64,000 nt of DNA from Octopus sinensis (lineage: Eukaryota), in assembly GCF_006345805.1 (NCBI RefSeq), contig NC_042997.1, positions 153,574,001 through 153,638,000 of the forward strand, written 5' to 3'. The first letter of the stretch is position 1. Each line of letters begins with the position of its first letter. Under the pieces are notes generated by a model, which did not search any database, had not been told where the DNA came from, and saw only the letters and a list, made by a program, of their open reading frames with translations. Positions 1 through 12,475 of this stretch are shown in pieces. The translations under genes and the position numbers were made by a program.

Positions 1-99
1 ATTATTTCTTTTCTAAACATGAAAAAGGCGAGTGTCATCACAATTTAAGACCTGCTGGGAACATAAATTACTCTTCTCCACAAGCCCAATAAAACACGT

Positions 100-425
100 C
101 GCCGCGCAAGAAGCATAACGCCAAAGTTACTCTTAAAGACACTTAGATTTTCACAAATACTTCTTTTCATTGACTCTCCAGTTAATTGTTTTCCTTTTAT
201 CCACACAATAAAGAGACTTACCATTTCATCTGCGTATGAGACGTAAGTTTTATTATACCTGAACATAGCTTTGGTCACCAATATACGTTGTAGTTTGTCT
301 TTTGTTTTTAAAATGATTCAGATCGCTGATTTGGCTAGATCACTAGAATTGATGTCAAGTTCTCTCTTAGGAAAATTCTCTTTCTTCAGTTCTATTGTGC
401 AGGCTTTGCTTTCAGAAAATGAACA
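100..425 (-). mobile_element. Decayed pogo/Tigger-type transposase N-terminus (HTH_psq plus CENP-B HTH)
   Basis: One minus frame with an internal TGA reads KACTIELKKENFPKRELDINSSDLAKSAI*IILKTKDKLQ...EMVSLFIVWIKGKQLTGESMKRSICEN. This resembles the Tigger patterns TIELKKEII...SDLA...TILKxK and EMEKLLxxWIxEKQLxGDS...ICEK. Confidence 0.6.
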
Positions 426-600
426 TTTTTAGAAAAACATGAAACACTACTCTGATCTTCAGACAAATCTTGATTTTCCTTCAAAAAATTCCATTGGTTC
501 TGTTCCAAATGAAATTACAGTGCACATTCGAGGAAACACTCTTGACAGAATAGTTACACTTATCCGTGTAATAAACGTTTTCGTTACATTTATTTTTTTT

Positions 601-747
601 ATAGGCGTGGTTGTGTGTTAAGAAGTTTACTTCCTAGCCACATGGTTTCGGGTTCAGTCCCACAGTGTAGCACCTTAATCAAGTACCTTTGGCTCGACCA
701 GACCCTTGTGAGTGGATTTCATAGACGGAAACTGAAAGAATTCCACC

Positions 748-778
<31 letters not shown>

Positions 779-800
779 CGTGTGTGTGTGTGTGTGTGGT
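601..800 (+). mobile_element. tRNA-derived SINE (family 1), 5' part with (GT)n
   Basis: The tRNA-like head with gggttcagtccc B-box-like motif and gtgagtggattt..agacggaaactgaaagaa core is shared with copies at 6588, 27115, 59580 and 62000. Confidence 0.8.
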
Positions 801-1982
801 GTGTGTGTGTGTGATTCCCGGCGCGAATCATGCAACTCTTTTCCAATATTCAGACAGCTTCCCGTCTACCATATCAGCTAGCTTTCTTTCCAGCTACAAC
901 TTTAATCTTTATGCTTTCTATGTATTGTTCACCAATACACAGAACTGTTCCCGACAAGAAAGATGACATAAAAATGGCCATATTTGGCCTGAACATTCCA
1001 GGGTTTCTGACTGAATCACAACTTTGATATACTTGTATCTACATTTGTTGCCTATCGAAAGAGCTATTACAATTATATTTAAAATGGAAAACATACGTGA
1101 AAGCCTGCTATTATTTTAATTAATTACGATTTTAAACTAAAATAAATCTAATTCTCATCAACAGTTATTAGTTTTCACATATATGTAGTGATCATTTTAT
1201 ACTTAATATTTCGGTTTAGAAATATTAATATTAATATTAATATCTTTAGAAAGATTAATATTATGTTATAAGTGCAGTTGACAAATTTGAATAAATTATC
1301 TGATATGTCCTCCGCAGAGAAGTGTAAATTTCGCTTACAAGCCAAAGTGCTGAGAAATTTAGTAAAGAGTTATATATGTTATTATGCTATATATATATAT
1401 ATATATAAAGAAAACTAGTAAAATATTGTAAGCGTCGACAAAACCAGGCAATTTACCTCCCCTTTGAGAATCTTCAACCTCGTTCCTGGTGTGCTTCTTT
1501 ATATCATATTGACATCAATGGAGTTTTGTTAATTTTCTTTTATTCGTGCACATCTGTCCATAAACTTCATATCAAAATACAACAAGAAGAACCTTTATTT
1601 GTAAATGTACAATGTTTACTGCGTCTCCAGCAAATACAAAATTAAGAATTTATCGTATGCATCAGTGAAATTAAGCATAATATTTTATTTTCTTTCACTT
1701 TTGAATGATTAAATATGATTCATAAATAAATATACAGCCATTAAACCTTGAATATACACTGACCTTTGATGTAATATGAAATGTTAGGGTTAATCTTCCA
1801 CTTAAGTTTTGTGATAAATAAACTGAACATTAGAAATACAACAGTTTTATCATTATAGACAGTTTTCCCTTTTTGTGTAGCTGTGCCAGAAATATTTCCC
1901 TAACCATCTCCGAAACTAACAGATTGATATATTATCTATTTATTTATTTTTTGAATGTACCGATTCAACTCATTTGGACGCA

Positions 1983-2275
1983 GTGTGACTGAATAGTTAA
2001 GAAGTTTCCTTCAAAATGACGAGATCACAGGTTCGATCCTGCCGAATGATATCTTAGCCAAGTGTCTTTTAGCGTTGCCTTGGGTCAGCCGAAATATTGT
2101 GCGTGAAATTGAGTAGACGAGAACTGTATGGAAACCAATTCAACGGTGCAGCCTTATCGAACGCTGTGTTTCACCGATTTTGCCAGAGAATTACGTTGAT
2201 GGTACACGTATCTGTGGAATACTCAGCCACCTAATCCAATAAGCAGATTATTCAGTTGAACAAATAACTGACTCC
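1983..2275 (+). mobile_element. tRNA-derived SINE, diverged subfamily
   Basis: Head gtgtgactgaatagttaagaag...caggttcgatcctgcc (B box), then caagtgtctt...tagacgagaactg as in the other SINE heads. Confidence 0.65.
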
Positions 2276-3158
2276 TCATCGTCAAAACTAATAGTGATCT
2301 ACTTTCTATTCGTCTATTACTGATATTTCTGTCGATTTTTTAAAAACTTTACCCGTAAAAATCGCTATTTTTTCATACGCAGGAATTGAAAGCATTTTCA
2401 TAAACAACTTTCTGCAATCCTCAAGTCAGCTTTTCTGTTAAATCGTATTTCACAAAGTATTCTGAAATCAGTTTAATAAATTGAAAAACGGAATCTTTTA
2501 CGTACTTCAGCTGAGAATATTTTCTTTACAACTTCAGTAATATAAATATATCTCAGCATCACGCAAAAAGATTCCTTAAATCGGTTTCTGTGATATTAAC
2601 GTTTTACAAAATTGACTTTAATTTCCAGTTCTGATATTAATGTAGTGAAATCGAGTTTAACGACAAAGAGGAAATACGATTAATTATAACAGTAGTCGGA
2701 AGAAGTCTTTACACGTATAAATAATTTTAAACTGAGAATTCAGATAATGCCATTATTATTTTCCCCATTGTGACAGCTATTATGAGAATTGCGGATTTAT
2801 AAGTACAGTATCGTGAATAGTATATATTTTGTTTTTGTTTTTGTTTTTCTTTGGAAAATATTAGTTACAAACAATATCTGTTAAATATGTAAGGTTGAAA
2901 ATTATTTATTGCAAATAAGTTTTCTAATATTCACATTAAATAAATGTTTCTAATTAAGCAAGCCTCGTAAGAAGATGAAGATTTTTTCCGTTATTTAACC
3001 GTTGTGGCAACTACTTTAATTAAATATCAAATTCTTTTATTATTTAATTAAATTCTGAAAACCATTAACTTTCTTTTAACACACAAATTGATGTCTGCAG
3101 ACCGTCGCGCTACTTCTTTTGTTATAAAGTAACATCTTTGTCATTTATCTCTTACCAG

Positions 3159-3324
3159 GCGACTTCACTGTCAGAGAAACACGATACATATCAATCTCTT
3201 CATATCTTTCATCTTACGAGCTGCTTTTTCTTTCATGAAAGAGAGACTACTAGTAGAAGGTGTCGGTTTCGCTTCTGACGTTCGTGAAACAAAAGATGGT
3301 ATTGACTTCATTGAAGAAGGATCG
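3159..3324 (+). CDS. Class B1 GPCR (PTH-receptor-like) exon: ICL1-TM2-ECL1
   Basis: Acceptor tttatctcttaccAG and donor atcg|GTAAGA. Translates RLHCQRNTIHINLFISFILRAAFSFMKERLLVEGVGFASDVRETKDGIDFIEEGS. RLHCxRNxIHxNLFxSFILRA is the hallmark TM2 motif of secretin-family receptors. Starts phase 2, ends phase 0. Confidence 0.97.
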
Positions 3325-4017
3325 GTAAGATATAATTTAATCACAATCACTAAAAAGAATCCATTGTACTTCTTTTTAGTGCTAATCATGAATCGTCGCT
3401 GGTGTGGCAGTGACCGACCTCAGTAAATTGTTGAAGAAAAAATTAAGAATTAATTTCAAAAGCTCATCATCTAAAACCATTCTACTGTTCGATTTTTAAA
3501 TATTAATTTCTGTTTTCAGGTATTGATTTCTCAAGCTATTATTGGTTTTCTGTTATTTTTTCTACTTACTTGCAAAAGCAAACGAGTGTTGGTGTTTTAA
3601 TTCTAGTAACATTTTTTATATGCTTCAAGAGCTAAGTGTTACTATAGTGTCCACAGCAGCTATTTATAATATCGACTCCATTTTTGAAATGATAATTTGA
3701 TTGACAATTATTTAGTACGTACTCCAGGCTCAGAGACTGACTTAAATTCGGAACTGCCGACAAAAGACATGTTCGTTAATCTTTCAATGTTTAAATGTAT
3801 TTGTTTACAGTTAAGTGAAATGAGCCGCTGAGAATTTGATGCATTAATCTTGGCCAAGTACAGCATCAACAGTGATAGAAAATGATATAGCGATTGCTTA
3901 TTGTCTGACACCCGATTAAGTAGACAAAGCTCTGGGATCGATACCTTTTGGCCGATAGATTTTTAAAATATTTTTTTGTAACTAAACACTTTCAAACTAC
4001 GGACACTGGTAGAATGT

Positions 4018-4491
4018 ATCTTTTACTCTTAGCGTTTTTGAGAAAAGCTTATATTTAGGAAGTTATTTCACGTTAAAGTTGTAGTATTTCGGTAATTTCA
4101 ACCAATCAATGACGTGTATTCAGCTGAATAAAATTACTTCTGTTGTTTGTCAACAAGAACTTCCGGCAGTGTATTTTTCGTTTGTCACTGTTATTTATGA
4201 CAACCCTAACCCTAAAGCCCTAACCCTAAAACCTTAACCCTAACCCTAGCACCCTAAAACCCTACCCTAAAACCTTAATCGTAAAACCAGTACAAAGCAC
4301 GAACAATGTCATAAATAACAGTGACAAACGAAAAATACACCGCCGATAGTTGTTGTTGACAAACAGCGGCAGAAATTTTATTCAGCTGAATACACGTCAT
4401 TGATTGGTTGAAATTACCGAAATACGAGAACTTTAACACGAAACAACTTCCTAAATATAAGCTTTTCTCAAAAACGTTAAGAGTAAAAGAT
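4018..4491. mobile_element. Foldback/MITE-like element with ~185-bp inverted arms around telomere-like (CCCTAA)n
   Basis: Arm 4018-4202 is the reverse complement of 4307-4491 with few mismatches. The loop has degenerate CCCTAA repeats at about 4203-4275. Confidence 0.9.
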
Positions 4492-5534
4492 GTGATCGAA
4501 ATATATATAATAACTATAGTGACTGTCCCGAAAATATATTTTAAATGGTTTTGTAAACATTTGGTGAAGAGTTTGAACCGTGTTTTTGCTGAAATATGCT
4601 AGGCAGCAATCCCTTTATCTGAACACATTTTTCATTTATTTTCTATATCAATTTTTATAATTGTTATTTTATTTTTTGTTTTGTTGTTGGTAGTGATAAG
4701 ATTTACTTCAACTGTTTTAGCACAAACGACCACACACTCTGAATCTAGTTCTACTGCATTAGGAAAAATTATAACAATCGGGAACTGTATTATAATAAAT
4801 AGGTTTCTCTCTTACTAGCCCGATACCTTATTGAATCCAATCTACTCATTTATTCTGACTAAGAACGAGGCCAGTGTTTAGCAGTTTTTAATCGAAAAAT
4901 AGCATGGAATAAATATGCATTAGAAGAAAAAAAAATTAAATTCACATACTCGATAAAGGAAAACATCAAGCTATTTTCGTTCTTTGGATCTGACCAGAAT
5001 TCTAAGTAGCTGCACAGTTACAACTAAAAATGGAACAAAGTAAGCTTTAATTAATACATATATCGATCGCATCGTGTGGAGTTGCGTATATTGTAAACTG
5101 ATATGGTTTTGTGTTTAGCTATTGTATTTATTTTATTATTAATGCAAGCAAAGAAAATCTTTATTGTTCTTTTCTTTTTAACATATTATCAGTTATCGGG
5201 ACATGTATTTTCATATAAATCCACGAACAATAGTGTTGATATATATTCATAATTGCTTGAGGTAATGTTCCAGCATGACCACAACTCTCATCTTGTTTGA
5301 AGCAACTAAAGAGGAAAACAAGTTAAATTTGTAATAATAAGCATTATTTTTACATGTTAACAAGTTTAACCAGATTCAGCAATATCCATGAAATTATGTT
5401 ACGGTCAGACCACCCATAGCCAAACGGGATATGATTACATGGAATAGATATAGAATTTAACCACCAGCTTCGAGCATTTGAGTTCAGACTTGTCCTAAAA
5501 GTTATTATTGATGTTATTAAGCTCCGATTTATAG

Positions 5535-5680
5535 GGTAGCAAACTGACGGAAGCGTGGGGACGTCGAAGGAAATGCCTCGCAGTATATATTTCACCTTCT
5601 TACATACTGAATTCAAATCCAACCAAGGTCAAGTTAGTTTTCTATTCTTCTGGGTCAATAAATGAAGTACCAGTTTGTGG
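5535..5680 (+). mobile_element. Degenerate SINE family 2 copy
   Basis: gaaatgcctcgcagtat...tgaattcaaatcc..caaggtca...gggtcaataaatgaagtaccagtt matches the cleaner copy at 54021. Confidence 0.6.
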
Positions 5681-6587
5681 TGGTAGACCGATGAGATCTG
5701 ACGGTTTCGTCGAACAGGATACCTTGCAGTATTTGTAAAATCTTGCTGTAGCCTACTGGGTGGTAGATCTAGTCGTCACGTGCTTTAACACGATCACCTG
5801 ACCTTTGAGGGCCTTTTAGCAGAATTCACATTGTTGCAAGAAATCTCGAAGTCCTTGAAAAGAACTATGGCATGTTCCTACCTCCTGTGCGATAAAAACA
5901 GATCTGCCTTGATTAAGCAAACATTTTATCTAGGATATTCGAGTTGTAACTATCCTAGATTTTTTTTCGCTTTCGTTTTTTGCTTTTTTCCCTGATATAG
6001 CTTATGGCGGATTACATTGTCTAATGACGCCTTTCTTATTTTAGACGACAGAATATTAGAAATTATAAAGTTATTGTATATATATGGTGGTTGTCTAACA
6101 CGTTACCCAACTTAACGCGACAAGCTTGAAAGTGGGTATTTTTAAAGGACTTCAATCTATGGCATTTATTCAGAGCAAACAGGTGCTCTACCAATAAGTT
6201 ACCTGTCTTCCCACGTTTAACCCGCAGATATCACCATCATCGATAGTTCTTAACTGTTCTTGCGACACCCGAGCTGATTGATCAGTCCAAGTGATATAAA
6301 GCTGAAAGAACTTTGAGGCCGATACATCGGCGCGATGAAACAAACGTTTTTGAAGCATAATAGCCAATTAGGAATCGTCTTTCGGTAGACACCATATAAA
6401 ACTATATAATATATGTAGTTTTACATACTAATAAAGCAGTTTTGGGTACTTTATCCTTTGTTTTCTACATGCACCCATAAATTTCAATCTCAACAGAAAA
6501 AAAACTTGGGTCTTTTTAGCTACATATGCCAAATCCCGTGTGTGTCAAAAGGGTTACAGGAAAATAAAATAGTAAATATAATGGAAC

Positions 6588-6737
6588 AGGTGTGACTGAG
6601 GTAAGAAGTATGCTTCGCAACAGCTTGGTTCCGGGTTCAGTACCACAGCGTGACAACTTGGGCAAGTGTCTTCTGTAGCTTCGGGGCGACCAAAACTTTG
6701 TGAGCGGATTTGATAGACGGAAACTGAAAGAAACCCG

Positions 6738-6798
<61 letters not shown>

Positions 6799-6985
6799 CG
6801 GTTGACAACTGGTGTTGGTGTGTTTATGTCCCTGTAACTTAGCGGTTCGGCAAAGAGACCAATAGAGTAAGTACTCAGGCTTTAAAAAATAAGTACTGGA
6901 GTCGATTCATTCGACTAAATATTCCTCAAGGCGGTGCCCCAACATCACCACAGTCTAATGACTGAAACAAGTAAAAGATAAGATA
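6588..6985 (+). mobile_element. Full-length SINE family 1
   Basis: tRNA-like head, central (GT)n, core gtaacttagcggttcggcaaa, tail ggtgccccaacat...atgactgaaacaagtaaaagataa. Confidence 0.9.
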
Positions 6986-7689
6986 CAGCTGTAGTGATGT
7001 AACTGATACATAAGTTGTACTATAACTCATCATGCGGAGGTAATAGTAAATGTTACTAACTTTGATGTAAGTACTTCTAAAATATTGCGTCAGAAATTTA
7101 CCAAGTATCTGTTCGTAGTTGAAGAGATGAAGACTTCACATACATACAAGCACACAAGAAAATTAAGAATTTAAGAAATGCAGTCCGAATAACGAAAAAC
7201 ATGGCTATGTTCATTAAAGAAGCTTTCTTAATCAGCTCTATTTATTTCCATCAAAGTGTAAATACATTAAAGGATTTTTCTAGAATGAAATTCCTTCCAG
7301 AGATATCCATTTTTTATCGTTCTTGTTAATTTTTTTGTATTTTTTTTTTCATGCTATATCATGTATATTCCCTGAATATATTTCCTTCATTTTCGAACAT
7401 TAAATTAGAAAGTAAGAATGGTTATCTTACATAATGATTAATGGAAATGTGGTGTGATGTTAACCTTCCTTACTATATGATTGTCTCTGTAAAAGCAGGA
7501 AAGCTTTTAGAATATATTCTCCTCTAAACTACACATTTCTTTATTTATTTGTCTCTTTTTAATATGCGAATATCATGCAATGGCCAACTCAAACACATTT
7601 ATTTCTTATATGCGTATTTATATGTATGTATCCGTGTATGTCGGTATGTCTACACACACACATATATATATATATTATATATACATATA

Positions 7690-7910
7690 ATTCTTAAAGA
7701 GGACAACAAACGTTAAGGCAAGACAAACATCTCAAGTCACATACATTATTATTACTGGAAAAAATTCAAAGACTTACAGTTGTTTCTGGGGTATCACAGA
7801 AGATGGGATATTCTGTCATCGGAGAAAAAAAAGGGGAAATGAGAAGGGTATAGATTGAAGAAATCACGACATGGAGTACAGGAGTAAAGGAATAAGGAGG
7901 TGAAGAGACT
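7690..7910 (-). mobile_element. PLE-type terminal fragment with degenerate hammerhead
   Basis: 7690-7750 is similar to 22725-22785. The minus strand at 7771-7825 has CCGATGA...GAAAC-AACT-GTA with poor stem I pairing. Confidence 0.45.
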
Positions 7911-8044
7911 ATGATATGCAGATTTTGTGACTTGATGTCGCTTAACAGGTAGCCTTGTTTCCAAGGCGACCCCACGCACATTCATACTCCCTATTTTCAG
8001 CATGTTCCAATCGAAAGTTGTTTTACACACGAAAGGAAAACGAA

Positions 8045-8093
<49 letters not shown>

Positions 8094-8720
8094 CTTACTG
8101 TCCGAAAGTTCTTTGTTCTTCACCTCACAGTCTTCTCCTAGAAGGTTTTTGTAAAGATTTTTGAACAGGTATCTTTTTAAATCTCTCAACTGAGTCAAGG
8201 TAGAGAGATTCCAGGGTGCTGTGTGTGTTCTGTGTTATGTGTATGGTTTTAATGTGTTGTGGTGGTGTTGTGCGTGGGTGATTCTTTGTTTTAGTATCAT
8301 TTTCTGTTATGTTGGTGTTTGACCTAATGTATTCCATTAGGTCTGGGTTGTTGGTGTTTATGGCTGTCAACATTGTTGAGTTGTTTTGTTGTTAGTATGT
8401 TTGTGTTGATGCTTTTGTTTTCTGCGGGTGTTTTTGTTTCGGGAGTGATAAACCTCCCTGCTTTGTTTGTCTGCTTCTCTATTCTCTTTTTCCCCTTTTT
8501 CTCCGTCCCCCTGTGGCCACTTGCCAATCCCCTGTGTCGTCTTCATCTGACGACATATCGGAGGAATCAGAAGGTGGGAGGGGAAGCGTATTGGGGTCTA
8601 TTTCTGAGTGTGTTAACTTTGTTGTTGATGTTGGTGCTGGTTGGTGACAGTTGGGGTGTGGTGTATGGGTTTTTAAGGGTTGGGTATGAGTCTTTTTGGT
8701 TTTCTCGTCCTCCTTTGAAG

Positions 8721-8752
<32 letters not shown>

Positions 8753-10045
8753 GGTGGTGGTGTTTCTGATGCTGGTGGCGCTGGTGGCGGTGTTCTTTGG
8801 TTGGGCTGACTTGTTGGTTGCTGATGTTCCTTCATTTGTTTGTAGAGCTGTTTGTGCATATGGCGGTGTGGGTAGCAGTGTTGGCTTTTTGCACGATTTT
8901 TGGTTTTCTTGTGGTTGTAGTTGTTTTTCATGATCATGTTGTTCTTTCTGTGCTAGTGGCAGGTAATTTGTAAGTGTACTTTGCTACCACAAACGTAGCA
9001 AGGTGGCTTTCTGCCTTCGACGGCCACATGTAAACTCGAATCCTCTCTCAATTGGATTCGATGTGGAATTTTTTCGAAAATCATCGGATTAATTTGAGCA
9101 CGAGTTTCGATTTCTTGGTCAATCCAGTTTTACTGGTCCACAACAGCGATTTCCAAGATATGGATTTCGTTTTCGATATCATAGCAAATGGCGGACACGA
9201 GCCATTTTATTTCTATTACGGGAGGCACATTCTTTATTTTAATTTTTGTGACTCTACGACCAAGATGTGTAGAAATCATCAGTAAATTTTCAAATTGGTA
9301 GGACTTTGTGGAGAGGTTCTTGGCTCTTTCTTCACTGTCGAATCAAACTTCGATCGTGGCAAATCTGTTTCCCTTGTGATGTAGTCTGTGAAGGCCCATA
9401 TAGGCCTGAAACATTTTTCAACATTTTCTTGAGTCGCCTTTTCGTATAGCCTTGTTTTTAGGTTGAATATCCTGCAAATAACTGGGCGGGGTTTTTCGAT
9501 TTTTTTCCGTGATGTTTTGTGGTGTCTGTAGTTGTATGCTGAGGTCGTCTTTTTTTAACATTGCTTTACAGGCGAGCAGTTCTTCCTTGGTAAAGCACAT
9601 GACTGTTTTCTTTAACTTTAAAGCTGCGACAAAATTGTTTTCGATATTCGTGTTGGTTGTGGTGGTGATGGCGGTAATGATGGTAGCAGTAGTAGAGTCA
9701 GTGGTAATAGTAGCAGAAGCATTCGTGCCTTCTAAGGCCTGTGTATGTTCACGCAGAACGGCTTTGCTTTCAGCTTCCTTCGCCTATAGCATTGGTAGAG
9801 GCGGGAAGTCAGCCTTATGGTTTCGCTTAGCCATATTCGTTTAGAAATATGGCAAGGAAATCGAAGAAAATAAAAATGTAAATAGGTTTGAAACTGCCCC
9901 TAGGGGATCAATTCCTTCCTTGAAAGCACGCTCAAACGAAAGCTGGGTGCTTTACACACCTTGTAGGCAAAACTTGAAACAAAATGTGTGCAATAAAAGG
10001 TCGAAGTTAGGGGTTACTTGCGGAGCCGATGCGACATCACGTCAG
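7910..10045 (-). mobile_element. Tx1/L1-type LINE 5' half: 5' UTR, disrupted ORF1 with zinc knuckle, start of ORF2 AP endonuclease
   Basis: ORF1 begins MAKRNHKADFPPLP at about 9835 and carries stops and frameshifts. It contains VAVEGRKPPCYVCGSKVHLQITC (CX2CX4HX4C) at about 8955-9025, then a Pro/Thr-rich linker. ORF2 starts MLKIGSMNVRG at about 8003 and continues after a frameshift as SPWKQGYLLSDIKSQNLHII, an APE N-terminus. Confidence 0.85.
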
Positions 10046-10047
10046 TC

Positions 10048-10254
10048 GATAGATAGATAGATAGATAGATACATACATACATACATACATACATACATAC
10101 ATACATACATACATACATACATACATACATACATACGTACGTATATACATACATACATACGTACGTATATACATACATACATACATACATACATACATAC
10201 ATACATACATACATACATACATACATACATACATACATACATACATACATACAT
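10048..10254. repeat. Compound (GATA)n-(CATA)n microsatellite
   Basis: Directly visible. It generates the spurious MYVCMYVC ORFs. Confidence 0.98.
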
Positions 10255-10694
10255 AAAATATATGCTAAAATATTAAGTTACTGATGTCGTCTTCATTGAA
10301 TATATTTTCCAGATCGCACACTTCTGAAGGAGCAATCATCTGCGTAAATATAAAATCTGTGTGCGTGCGTGTGCGTTTGTGTCCATTTGCAATATGGGTA
10401 TATAATCAACCATTTATCCATTACTACACTGTACGTACGAGGAAGAAAGTAATCTTAACTGTTTTGTTCTATGACACTACCACATCCGTCATTAGATATT
10501 ACGTTGTATCTCACTTATAATACATGCAGCATCTTATCTGAACTATTCCTATTTTGCTTCCATTTTTGTTCTCTCTTTCAAAATGTTCGTTTGTAAAATA
10601 TCAAGAATTTTTTGAATTAATGATGCAAAGTTTAGACTTACCAAGTATTTCTCCTACTAGCTGGTGTGTATAGTATTTTTGGTTTTACTTTCAG

Positions 10695-10851
10695 CATTGG
10701 CAGTGTAAGCTATTTTTCATCATATTCCACTACTTACTCGGTTCGAATTACATGTGGATATTTGTCGAGGCCCTCTACCTGCACACTCTTATATCTATAG
10801 CAGTTTTCTCCAAAACAAGTGGAACAGTATGGTACATCATCTTTGGATGGG
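10695..10851 (+). CDS. Class B1 GPCR exon: TM3-ICL2-start of TM4
   Basis: ttttactttcAG|cat...gga tgg g|GTAACT. Translates HWQCKLFFIIFHYLLGSNYMWIFVEALYLHTLISIAVFSKTSGTVWYIIFGW, with the conserved TM3 Cys and NYxWxxxExxYLH. 157 nt, phase 0 to 1, in frame with the previous exon. Confidence 0.97.
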
Positions 10852-12043
10852 GTAACTATGAACTTCTCTACCTTTCTCTTAGTTTTCATTGTTTATTTTT
10901 GATTTGATTTTTTTGTATTTTTTTAGTCAGAAATGGAAGACATGACTCTTTTTAGTGCCTCCGTCTGAATGGAGGCCTGGCCTAAAATGTTGCAATAGAA
11001 AGGACTGCTGTAACATAATTGAAACATTTCAAACACTAGATTGCTCTATCATACATAGTAACATACCATTCTGTTCAACGCTAAAGGTTGTTTTATCTAG
11101 TGGTAAGGCGACTATACAGTGGTTATCTCTGCTTGAAATAGCAGTGAGATTTACCATAAATCACACGCTGTTGTCCTTTTTAAACGGTTAAATGGGATAA
11201 TTCTGCTGCGACACACGCAAACTTCCTAGACAATATATAAACGAAGGACATTCATCTTATATTGTATAAATGGGTGTGTTTTTGCGTATGAATATACGTA
11301 TGTGTATGTACGTATATGTGTATGTATATATATATATATATATGTACGTATATACATATATGTATGACGTGTGTGTGCATGTGTGTACGCATGCTTTTGT
11401 TTCCAAATAAAAGAAAACTAATCAATACCAGTATAGAACTTATATTTATTAAATATCAGGTGTTCAATTCCGTTGCTATTCAGAGTTTCGCAACATGCGC
11501 TCATTTAAGCAACCACGAAATTAATGAAGGGTTATAAGGATGAGTAATAGTGACAGACACCGTTCAAGTTGAAACTCGTTAGTAAAAACTGATAAGGTGG
11601 CTAGAGATAATTCTAATATTGTACTAAGCTGTACTAATATGGGGAGAGCACTCATATCTGACCTACGAGTGTCAGGGGCAGTTACTTGGCAACGCTTAAA
11701 GTGTATCAGCTGTGATAGTTACAGAGTTTCGGTAAGCAATTCGAAAATGGTGACTAACGAACTGAAACTCGCATCTTCTATTCAGAATGACACTGATCGC
11801 TGTTTTTGGAGTCTGGAATGTGTCAATTAAGCATAGCCGACATATTTGTGTCCCCGTTATTCAACATCGTTCGTCAATGACGCATCATGTTATTGGGCAC
11901 ATATAGATCTGCAGCTACTAGTGTTCACAAACGAAATAGAAAATGAATAGAGAATTCTCCTCTTTCTTCGATCTCTATGAGCATAAATGCTGGAGAATTT
12001 GGTTCTTGAATGTGTTTAAGTCCCATATTAATAGCAGTGTGCG

Positions 12044-12076
<33 letters not shown>

Positions 12077-12429
12077 ATGTGCGTGCGTGTGTGTGTATGT
12101 ATGTATGTATGTATGTATGTATGAATGTATGTATGTATGGCTATGTACATGTGTGTGTATGTATGTATGTATGTATGTATGTATGTATGTACGTATGTAT
12201 GTATGTACATATGCACTGATGCTTTTCTGTCCATTGAAGTCGCGAAGATTACAACTTAATAAGCCAGCAACACATGCAAACAACAGTTCATTCGGAAAAT
12301 TAAACTATGAAGACCTAGAAATATTTATGATGATGGCTTAGAAAGTTAGCTACTCCAAACAAATTCATGTGAAAAAATGAATTACCTCGACAGAAACGAA
12401 AAGATAAAGCTAGCAAACACCTGTGTTTT

Positions 12430-12475
<46 letters not shown>

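Noticed and set aside
830-1027. Short + ORF as a possible upstream GPCR exon
   Set aside because: It has no ectodomain Cys/Trp pattern, no TM1 GYxxS motif and no fitting splice sites.
8373-9844. + strand hydrophobic ORFs of 186 aa and 111 aa that look like membrane proteins
   Set aside because: They are antisense shadows of the Pro/Thr-rich LINE ORF1 on the minus strand.
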